A DNA stretch of 64,000 nt from Diplonema japonicum (taxonomy: Eukaryota > Protista > Euglenozoa: Diplonemea). The notes beneath the pieces are model-generated. The model searched no databases and was not told the origin of the DNA. It saw nothing but the letters and a program-made list of their open reading frames with translations. Shown here piece after piece: positions 12,529 through 21,278 of this stretch. The position numbers and the translations under genes were made by a program. Each line of letters starts with the position of its first letter. The first letter of the stretch is position 1. The stretch covers positions 613,204 through 677,203 of the forward strand of contig OZ025672.1 in NCBI GenBank assembly GCA_964019335.1, in the 5' to 3' direction.

Positions 12529-13771
12529 TAGGTAAGGAATTCCCTGTTCCGCCATGTTCCACCATGTTCCGCCAAGTTCCGACTTTTCAGTTTGGCGGAA
12601 GGGAACGGAACGACCCACCCCTGAAAGGACAGTGCTCCACCAAAGTCTATCAGGTCTGTCTTTCGGGCTGGATTGGCGTTCTGCGTAGGTGCATATTTGA
12701 TGTGCTGGGATAGGCTCGCCAAGCCCGTTTTACCTATTGACCGAAGCAAAAACCTTGCCGGCCTCTGCCTCGGTCAGAAGAAGTTTGCAACCAATGGTAA
12801 AGGGGCAGCAACAGGCCCAACAGAGCCCCCACTCCTCTGCAGGATACCACACCCTGGCCGCCATGATAGCAGTGTATCGCCCAATATGGGATTTAGCATC
12901 CTTTGGGGGCTGAAGCTGCTTTCGGGGGTTTGTACTGGCCTTCTCGGTCCGGTGTAAGGAGTTTATCTCCTCCACCTCTCAGGGGTGAGCTGGCCAGGGG
13001 TGTCAGCACCAAAGTTGGGCCCCTCACAAGCCAGCTGCTCAACGTGCCTTGAGTAGTTGAGCTGGTCAATTTGACGAAAGAAGTACGGGTTTATGAGAAG
13101 TTAAAGATCCCGTGGGTGCTGTTTGTTGGTGCATTGAAAGGGGGAAGAAAAATTCAAACTGCCATGCAGGGTAAGCATTTTGGCTCTGCACAAGGAATAA
13201 AGCCCTTCCAGGCAAACGTGGTGGGAGCTGCTACCCCCTTAAGTAAAAAAGCTTCTTCTCAGAAAAACTCCCGGACGGAAAAATGTCCGGGTTTTTTGGT
13301 GTCCGGGAGTTTTTCCGTCCGACATTATTCGTTTTACAGTAGTTAAATAATGGCCATTTCGCGTTAAATAATGAGTCCCCCTAGTGAGTGAAGAAAATGA
13401 CAAAGAGTGAAATAAAGAAAAAAAATACCTCCTTGTCAGTCTGGCAGGATGTGTCTGATTTAAAGAATGAAAAAGAGATCAAATGGACAATATGACAGTT
13501 TCTTCGTGAGTTCGTTCAGCCTCGGCTTTCCCAGTGTTTTGTTGTTTCATTTACTTTTTGCTTCTTCTTCATTACTAACTCTGCAGAAAGAAGGATACCA
13601 CATAATTATGAAGGGAAGCAAAGGACAATTGGCAGTGATGCTGCAGGCGAGGCTCCCCACCTCTGAGACCACCAGCATTGAGGCAGTGGCTTCGGAGGAG
13701 ATGAAGAAGGTGAAGGAGAGGATTGCATCGATGGGAGGGTTGGATGTGGACATCTTCACCCTCACCTTATT

Positions 13772-15298
13772 ATGTTTTTCACACATTGCATTCTATCACA
13801 GAGTTGTACACTACACATGGCTTTGGGAAGGAGTGCAAGCGCAAGTGCGACCTTTGAAAAAGCAAAGCAGAGTCCCCAGCTTGATTTCCGAGAGGAGAAG
13901 GTTTGCAGCTTCAATTGTGCCAACACAAACGGATGGGACTGCTGGCAGAAAGAAGCAGGGATAGCAGCCACCTTGATTAGTAGTGAAATCAGAACAGGGT
14001 CTGAGATCAATAGGTTCTTTGGTAGGCAGACCTTGAGTGAACTCACAGATCTGCACATTTTAAAGCAGGGCATCGACCCCCACAACTACAGCTTGCATGA
14101 TGACACACACACTCTTGTGGTGGTGGAGTGTGATGCAAGCAAGCCACAGCAGTTCACGTCTGTATGGAAAGAGCTTGTTGTGCAACTGATCACAGGGGTT
14201 GTGACAGGCTGTACAGGTGTGAGAGTGAACCTTGTGAAGTTTGTGATAACAATGTACATGGCCAATGACGAAAAGGCTATCGATGACATGAAGGGTGTTG
14301 CCAGTGCTCTGGCTCCCACAGCCGTCTTTTCAACAGACACTTCGCCTCGTGATTCCCTTGCCTCAGCAGTAGGTCGCTGCAAGACCAGCACTGGGACTTT
14401 CACTTCTGTCAACTCCCAATCAGACAGTGAACCCAGCGCCTACCAGGTACTCAGGAATTCAGAGTTCATCACACGCGTTGCCTCTGACGATGACCTGTCC
14501 TGCCTCGACACACAGGAGGAAGAGCTACCCTCAAGCCTGCTTGTGGATGAGACGAGGTCTGTGTCAATGATGCTCCCAAAGGTGCTTCAGACATTTGCTG
14601 TTGGCTATGGGACACGTGCACAGACTGCACCACTGCAGGCCCTGCAAGAAGAGCAGGAAAAATACTGTCGGAGTGAGCAAAGCCAGAATCGAGATGAGAA
14701 GCAAGAGCTTGCAAAAGACGAAAAGGGGCAGAAGGAAGATGAAACTTATGTCACTGACCTGAAGCGTGTTGTCCGCTATTTGGACCCCCGACTTGAGGAT
14801 CTGTCCGAGAATGATATTTCTTGTTCGAAGTCAAGGTCCCCAAGGAATAGGAAAAGGCTGAAGTCAACAAAAATAAAGAATGCTGTGAGAATGACCAAGG
14901 CAGAGATGTGTGTGTGGGGACGCATGTATAATGTACCATGCAGCACGTGGATCTCGCCGCTGGAGAATCTCATGGCGCCTAAACCACGCGATGTATCTGA
15001 CGACGAGTGGTACAAAATGGTGCAAGCGTGCTTCAAGTCGTGCACAACGCTGGGCTCCCTGTTAGATGGGAGCTGCTGCATTGAGAAGCTGAAGGCCCTC
15101 GGTGTGAGCAACCCGGCTTGGTTCGTTGATACTATACATGTTGACACCCTGTATACCACAGGGCCGCTGGACCATGTACTGGAGCAGATGGAACTCGCGG
15201 GAATAAAATATAAAGTCAAGATCTCCACCGTATCAAAGCAGACTGACAAGGCTAGGGGGGACACGAAAAAGAGAAAAAAACGCGCAAAGGCCCTTTAA
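13772..15298 (+). CDS. divergent eIF4E-like domain protein with long C-terminal extension (start uncertain: ATG 13817 or an upstream exon from 13609)
   Basis: LHILKQGIDPH, VWKELVVQLITG and CTGVRVNL..ITMY resemble the eIF4E core motifs (FKxGIxP, LWxxxxLxxIG, ICGxVxN..IxLW); 508-codon open frame. Confidence 0.55.
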   Translation: MFFTHCILSQSCTLHMALGRSASASATFEKAKQSPQLDFREEKVCSFNCANTNGWDCWQKEAGIAATLISSEIRTGSEINRFFGRQTLSELTDLHILKQGIDPHNYSLHDDTHTLVVVECDASKPQQFTSVWKELVVQLITGVVTGCTGVRVNLVKFVITMYMANDEKAIDDMKGVASALAPTAVFSTDTSPRDSLASAVGRCKTSTGTFTSVNSQSDSEPSAYQVLRNSEFITRVASDDDLSCLDTQEEELPSSLLVDETRSVSMMLPKVLQTFAVGYGTRAQTAPLQALQEEQEKYCRSEQSQNRDEKQELAKDEKGQKEDETYVTDLKRVVRYLDPRLEDLSENDISCSKSRSPRNRKRLKSTKIKNAVRMTKAEMCVWGRMYNVPCSTWISPLENLMAPKPRDVSDDEWYKMVQACFKSCTTLGSLLDGSCCIEKLKALGVSNPAWFVDTIHVDTLYTTGPLDHVLEQMELAGIKYKVKISTVSKQTDKARGDTKKRKKRAKAL

Positions 15299-16179
15299 CC
15301 CTCCCAGTCGCTCTGATTGTATTTCCCTCTCTGCATTTCCTCGATTTCCCTTCCTAGTTTTTCTAAGAATGAAGAAAAAAGAAGAAAAAACCAAACAAAC
15401 CCTCACACTTCATTCATTGCTCCTCTTCCCTCTCCTTCAAAATAACTTCTCGACCGTTTATTTATTTCTCCCTTGCTTGCCCCTTGTTGAAAGTGAGTGC
15501 TGTTGTTTGTATTTGTTCATGTTTAGTGATGAACTACACATGGCTTCTGTGCCTACCTGCTGGCCTACAGTACTTCGATGATGACGCGTAGCGTTTCCGA
15601 AGGCCCAACCCACAGTAACATAACCACCCGCCTCAGGTACCGCATGCCCCTTTCCTTTGCTTTTCACAAGGGAACTTTGCTCATTCCTCTTCTCTTTTCT
15701 TTTATTTCACGTTAATAAGTGTTGCCACCCCCTCACTCCTTTTTGCTGCAAACACCTGGGACCGACTGGTCTTCGACAACGGAAAAAGAAAAGGAGAAGG
15801 AAAGAAGAAAAAAAAAAAATAAAGAAACAACAGGAATAAAACATAAAATGGTTTCGAAAAAAAATAGCTATTTATTAAATGAAAATCAGATGGCCTGAAT
15901 TCACGCGTGGGGACCCCACAAGTGAAATCATGCTCTGATTTTTATTCAGTACTACATTTTTATTTAATGATGAGCTGCTCTTGCAAAGAATTTGGGTGCT
16001 GAGTGTGGCTTCGCTGCTGCCTGCTTGTAGCTGCACAATGCGACTCTTTACTAAACAAGGTACTGGGTTTGGTATGATCAATTCGGCGAATTGATGTTGA
16101 CGTTTATGTCGTGATTCTGTGCACTTGTTGAAGTGGGCTAAGTCGAAGGGGCAGGGCTGAAGGGGGCGTTGCAGGGGAC

Positions 16180-16372
16180 TGCTATGTTTGTCAACAGTTG
16201 GCCGTGTTTTTCTATTGGGTTTGATCGAGTGGTAGGTGCAAAACCTCTCCCACTCCTTCCTGTAGGCCATTTAGCTTGCCGTTGGAAGCGTGTCTTCCAT
16301 CACAGTTTTGGCCTCTTTCTCGAGGCTGATGCCCTTGGCTTGCTTCTCAGTCGCCTTCGGTTTTCTTCCCAT
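16180..16372 (-). pseudogene. fragment resembling the N-terminal core-binding helix of a Crypton/YR-type integrase
   Basis: MGRKPK..EAKTVMEDTLPTAS*MAYRKEWERFCTYH with an in-frame TAA; LP.S..Y..W..F pattern; no catalytic domain follows. Confidence 0.3.
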
Positions 16373-16504
16373 TTTGCTAGAAAATGACTGTGGGCGTGAA
16401 ATAAGTACCTGATTTCACGCCCAGCAACGTTTGGCTAAAAACACGAGGGAAAGTGAAACCTGATTTATATCTTCTAGCCTAGATTCTTTAAGAGAGCTGC
16501 TCAG

Positions 16505-16554
<50 letters not shown>

Positions 16555-18149
16555 CCATTTGAGTTCCTCTTCAAAACCACTGAAGCAGCTTTTGGGCGCC
16601 TGGGGATTTGTCGGGCCGGTTTATTCCGTCCGGACATCGGTCAGCCCAACATTTCACTTTACAGCAAAGCAAATAGTGGTACTTTTCTTTTTGCACTTTT
16701 AAAGATCCTCGTGTGGATTATGTATGTGCTACTTTGCCCTCCTGAATAGAAAGAAAGAACGAAGGAAGGGAGAGGGGAAAAAAAGGAAAAAGGGAACCAT
16801 AATCATTCTATAGATTTTTATTTCTAAATAATATGGGGTTTTTCTGTTTTTCTGTGGTGAAGCTGACCAGCTGTTCCCTTAGAGGTGGCCAAAAAAATGA
16901 AAAAAAATGGAAAAAAAAAAGAGAAAAACTACAAACACGGCAACCAAATGAAAATTTACAAAGATAGAGCAGGATGTCAGGGCCCTGATTGACGAACACC
17001 GGATAAAGCCTGAGCTTATTTGCAACAAACGCCCCCCCCCCCCCCCCCCCCCCCCCGGCTTTTACAACCTTTGGAAACTGTGGCAAGCTGGTCCTGTGTG
17101 AAGATAACCCCAAACTCCTTAGATGAAACTGGGCGAAGGAGAGGGACCATACACCTGCAGCAACTAAAAAGTAGGACACAATGCCCGTTCTTGCAAGAAC
17201 CCCCACTACTGGAGGTGTGTCGTGTTTGTAGTTTTTCTCTGGGAAGCCTAAAAAACGAAAATGAGAGTTCATACAACACACCTTTGCGTTCTGTTAAAGA
17301 GCACATGCAACAGTGTGCCATCCGAGCTGTATTGAGGTTGTTTCTTTGATGAGTTGTTGTTAACACTTCTCAACGGTGAATTTCTTTACTTTCCTTCTTT
17401 CTTTCCCTCTTATTTCACTCTTCGTCATTTTCTTCACTCACTAGGGGATTCATTATTTAATGCGAAATGGTCATTATTTAACTAGTGGCACCATTCCAGC
17501 CCATATTTTTGGCCATCTGAGGCCATTCCAGCCCTTAAAAGTGGGAATAAGCGCTTTACTTCCCCTTAAAATGCCACGGCGAAATAGCCACCCACTTAGA
17601 AAATCCCCAAAAAGCTGACCTGTGTGGGAAAAAATAGCTATTTACTGCCAACAAGTAATGACTTTACCGTTACCTCGAGGATGCGGAACCGAGAGGTCGG
17701 TAAAGCATTACTTGGCGGTAGGTAAGTGGTTTTATTTCACGACACTCTGAAATTACTTCACCACGAGGGGCACAACAGGGTGACAAGGGTACAACAAGAG
17801 AGGGGTTACAAAGGTTACAATACAAGTTGTTTTTCCTCCTTTTGTTGACTAAGAGCTGCCGCTGTCGCTGGCATTGCCACTGTCACCATCTCTAATCAGG
17901 CCTTCCCATACCTAGTGCGGCCGCTGGCTCCTTTTTTTCTGCTGCTTCGGTATTTTGAAGTCATTTGGGGAGCTTGGGTAAGCTGACTAAGTTACACTTA
18001 CCCACAGAAGAGTTACCCCCAGAAACTGGGAACAAGGCCTAGCCAAAAGTGGGCAAATTGGGAGGAAAAAGTAGTCCAACTTGGAACTGAGCCGAGGCAA
18101 AAGTTGGCCAATTGAGCTGAACCTGGGGGGAAATAGCAAACTGAGAGGA

Positions 18150-18330
18150 AAAAGTAGCCCCACTGGGAACCGAACCGAGGTAAAAATTGGCCCACCGAGG
18201 CATATTATTTAACGGAAACCCCCTATTACTTCACGGAAAACAGGCCATTATTTCACCGTGAAGTAATGAGATTTAGCGTGAAGTAATGGGCCCCCAGTGC
18301 GTGAAGTAATTTCTGAAGAGTGAAATAAAA
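18150..18330 (+). repeat. about 180-bp dispersed repeat, CpG-intact copy
   Basis: Aligns directly with 9241-9418. Confidence 0.9.
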
Positions 18331-18952
18331 AAAAAAAAAAAAAAACAGCAGTGAATGCAGTGAAGAGTGAAATAAAACGACCAAATGAGCCATTATTTAC
18401 TAGTTTTATGAGGAAAATCTCCTGCATACACTTTGCAGGCCTGTTCTCCCTTCAAGAGGGACTTAATCCTGAATGTGAACCCCCATTTCTAGTCAGTCTA
18501 TTTCTGAGGTTTGGTTTCTAGTTATTCTTTCCTTTCTGAGATTATCTAACAGTCAGAAAAAAAAAGGTAAAAATAAAAAATGAAGGAAAGAGACGGAGAT
18601 TCCACCACTCTTCTAGCAGTGGAGACAAGAAGACAACATGATTGTGGCGTGAAGATCTGCTGACTTTGTTTCCCCCTTTCCCTGGCAACAAACCATCCAC
18701 CTCTTTAGTTGCATCCTCAAATCCCTTGGTTGATTTGGAATGCTAACAGCTGTAGACATGCATCCCCCCCCCCCTTGCTCTTTTTCCCCCCACCTTAAAC
18801 TGCCTACAGGGATCAAAAAAGATGGATTTGGTTGCTTTGTGAACCTGGTTCACAAATCACAGTGGATGCTGCTTCTGCGAAGGATCTAACATCTATCACT
18901 GCCATCAACCCCGGGGGGGACGGCCCGGCAACCCAATGAAAGACACAACTTT

Positions 18953-19070
18953 TTTTTTGCATGAACAAGAAAAACAATATATTGATAATGAATTGTTATT
19001 GCTAAAAAGAGTAGTGGTAGCATTGTTGGGCTTATCCTTCTACAGGTTAATCCCGGCTGTGCACAAACAA
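18953..19070 (+). repeat. split direct repeat A1
   Basis: Identical to 22996-23113 (TTTTTTGCATGAAC..CCCGGCTGTGCACAAACAA). Confidence 0.95.
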
Positions 19071-19076
19071 AAAATA

Positions 19077-20234
19077 ATGTCTGTGACCATCCCCTTTGAA
19101 GGTGAAAAGCTCGATCTGCTTACCGCGACGGAGTACCCTCTCCACGAGGAGAAGGCTCCAGCGTCAGACAGTTGCATATTCCTTGAATGTGAGAAAAACC
19201 ACAGTTCAGGATACAACTGCTGTCGCTGCGGCAAGGTAGGAAGTCCTTCCTGTCTTAAGTCTACGCTGAAGAAGGCGGGAAAGACTTTCACTGCCGACCT
19301 TGAACTAGGAAGCTGGGTGTGTCCACCCTGCCTGTGGGCAGTTCAGATCAACGGCGAAGAGATGATCATTCCCACTCCCTCCCCGAAGGCCCCTGTGCCT
19401 CCGGAAGGATCAACTCCTTCCAAGAACTCCTTGACGGAAGCAGTTGAAGCTTTCCTGAGCAGTCCTCAAGGTGTTGCCTACATACACACGAGACACGGAG
19501 AGCTTGTTGACCTCACTGAGGAAACGGGCCGCGGAGGCCCCGCTGACCGCGGAGGTCAGCCCGAAGAGGTCCTAGGCCGTGGAGGCCTCGCTGACCGCGG
19601 AGGTCAGCCTGGACAAGAAATGGGCCGCCGAGGCCCCACTGACCGCGGAGGTCAGTCCGGAAGCTTGCTAGGTCGCGGAGACCTCACTGACCGTGGAGGT
19701 CAGCCTGCAAGCTTCCAGGGACGCTTGGGACATGTCGGCTCCTTCGAAACCCTTCCCGATTCCCTTGATATAAAACGCCCTATCTCATGGAAGGGATACT
19801 TCACAAATCCGTTTGTGCGACGCGAGATCTGGAGCGAGATTCGTATCAGATATCAGGGAAGGGAGATACCGGAGACCCCGTCGGACGAGGCAAAAGGGGT
19901 CGAACACGATCAGCGCAGGTTCTTGGCACTGTTGAAGTCTCTGTTCGCGGCTGCCGCGACGGCCGGCGAATCGCTACTGCCAACAATCCACCTCCTTATG
20001 GTCCATCTTGAGACGAACCGCATTCGGCTTCGGTCCGGCGACAGGATCATAGCTACCAAAAGGAGTGTGCGGTTCGAACAAAGGATGCACACTGTCCCTT
20101 GGACTAGCTACACCGAGGAGGTGCTTTGCCAGGTGATGAAGAACGTCACGGCCATCAGGGAGGATCCGAGGAGTACGGACGACATGCCGAGCTCCAAACG
20201 CCCTCGATTCTTTCGCCCCTCAACGAAGCGTTGA
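19077..20234 (+). CDS. Gag-like ORF1 with PHD-like Cys cluster and 4 x 16-aa RGG repeats
   Basis: First ATG after repeat A1 (MSVTIPF); C..C..CCRC..C..WVCPPC; 48-nt repeats at 19527-19718. Confidence 0.75.
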   Translation: MSVTIPFEGEKLDLLTATEYPLHEEKAPASDSCIFLECEKNHSSGYNCCRCGKVGSPSCLKSTLKKAGKTFTADLELGSWVCPPCLWAVQINGEEMIIPTPSPKAPVPPEGSTPSKNSLTEAVEAFLSSPQGVAYIHTRHGELVDLTEETGRGGPADRGGQPEEVLGRGGLADRGGQPGQEMGRRGPTDRGGQSGSLLGRGDLTDRGGQPASFQGRLGHVGSFETLPDSLDIKRPISWKGYFTNPFVRREIWSEIRIRYQGREIPETPSDEAKGVEHDQRRFLALLKSLFAAAATAGESLLPTIHLLMVHLETNRIRLRSGDRIIATKRSVRFEQRMHTVPWTSYTEEVLCQVMKNVTAIREDPRSTDDMPSSKRPRFFRPSTKR

Positions 20235-20466
20235 AGCGAAGAGACCGAACCTACCCCTGGGAGCCGGCCCGGCTCCTCCCCCGATCATCAACAACCTTCC
20301 TCCTCCTCACCTTCCTCCCTCGATTCCTCCCCTTCCATCTTTAAACCCCTTTTCTATTCAGACAATACATCCTTCTGCAGATCGGAGACGAGGTCGTCCT
20401 GTACTCAACGACTTCTCGATAACGCAAGAAGAGATTCAGCCCTTATTCGACCAGACACAGCAGATC

Positions 20467-21270
20467 ATGGGCAACTGCTACCGTTCGAGAGATTCAATGC
20501 TGTCGGTTATGCAAAGGGGGCGATCCTTCGTAGGGGAGGTGAGGAGGTGGTACCCTTCGGTCAACGAGGATCAGGCCTTCCTCATGTGGGTTCAACGAAA
20601 ACGGGCTGCAGGGCGGCTGTCAAACTCCTCGGCCCTTCAGTACATCACGTATTGGCGCATGGGTCAGGTCGCTCCAGTGGACGCGTACCGGAGGGCACTT
20701 CAGGGTCGTCTGGAAGTCTTCGACCGCAGGCTGGAGGCAGGCCGGAAAACTGTCAAGAAGGATCGGGTACTCCAGGTCCTCTCCGTTACCGAAGGCCAGA
20801 TGGCTGCAGCTCTTTCGACACAGTGGAGTTGCGCGGCGAGGTATGTGGACCTGGAGAGGCTATTGGTTCGCCACGTGTTCCTGAGGCCGGAGGAGAGCCT
20901 TCTTATGCTGGTAGGAGGGAAGACCGACCGGCACGGGAGGGGTCAGGGGGTTCTGGTACCTACCGGGGGTGCCTTGTTTCGGCCCGCGAGGACGTGGTTG
21001 ACACACAGACTGGCCTCCAGTCCCCCAGACGAGAGAGTCTTCCCCTTGCTATCGCGCCCGGCGTACAACCGCTTCCTGAGGAGGCATCTGGACATCTCTG
21101 CCCACGACATCCGCCACAGCGCTCTCACCCACGTAGCTCTACAGCATGGGGAGCAGGCGGCACAGGGACTAGCCAGGCATGCAGACGCCGCAACCACGCG
21201 GATGTACATTCCTCCAATGACTTGGCAGTCGGCAGCGGACACTCGGCTGGGGGGTGTCTCCCTTCAGTGA
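20467..21270 (+). CDS. tyrosine recombinase (frame open from 20137)
   Basis: Catalytic R-K-HxxR-H-Y residues in AARYVDL, GKTD, HDIRHS, ARHADAATTRMY. Confidence 0.92.
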   Translation: MGNCYRSRDSMLSVMQRGRSFVGEVRRWYPSVNEDQAFLMWVQRKRAAGRLSNSSALQYITYWRMGQVAPVDAYRRALQGRLEVFDRRLEAGRKTVKKDRVLQVLSVTEGQMAAALSTQWSCAARYVDLERLLVRHVFLRPEESLLMLVGGKTDRHGRGQGVLVPTGGALFRPARTWLTHRLASSPPDERVFPLLSRPAYNRFLRRHLDISAHDIRHSALTHVALQHGEQAAQGLARHADAATTRMYIPPMTWQSAADTRLGGVSLQ

Positions 21271-21278
21271 GACCGGTT

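Larger units (their letters stand above)
6801..12623. repeat. cluster of nested non-autonomous hAT/MITE-like repeats forming a large imperfect inverted repeat
   Basis: TIR-like ends CAGGGGTGGGTCGTTCCGTTCCC (7374, variant at 6801; inverted copies ending 12092 and 12623), CAGTGATGGGTGAATCC (6873 / inverted 8808-8824) and CAGTGTTGGTCCAGACC (about 8902, 9093 / inverted about 10263-10279). Arms about 7374-8570 and 10620-12092 are reverse complements (near-identical translations at 7884-8204(-) and 11094-11393(+)). No transposase and no TSD seen. Confidence 0.8.
13340..17484. mobile_element. 4.1-kb segment bounded by about 78-bp inverted repeats (possible gene-carrying TIR element or two opposed MITE ends)
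   Basis: TAGTTAAATAATGGCCATTTCGCGTTAAATAATGAGTCCCCCTAGTGAGTGAAGAAAATGAC..GAGTGAAATAA at 13340-13414 and its reverse complement at about 17410-17484. Confidence 0.5.

Noticed and set aside
6776-12749. Many 60-150-aa ORFs in the repeat cluster
   Set aside because: They derive from repeats and homopolymers, mirror each other on both strands and show no transposase motifs.
12624-13070. Coding-like minus-strand stretch (..LCWACCCPF..)
   Set aside because: Broken frames and no family could be assigned; possibly a decayed TE or gene fragment.
18936-19076. N-terminal 47 aa of the 432-aa ORF
   Set aside because: Starts outside the element and runs through terminal repeat A; the real start is probably ATG 19077.
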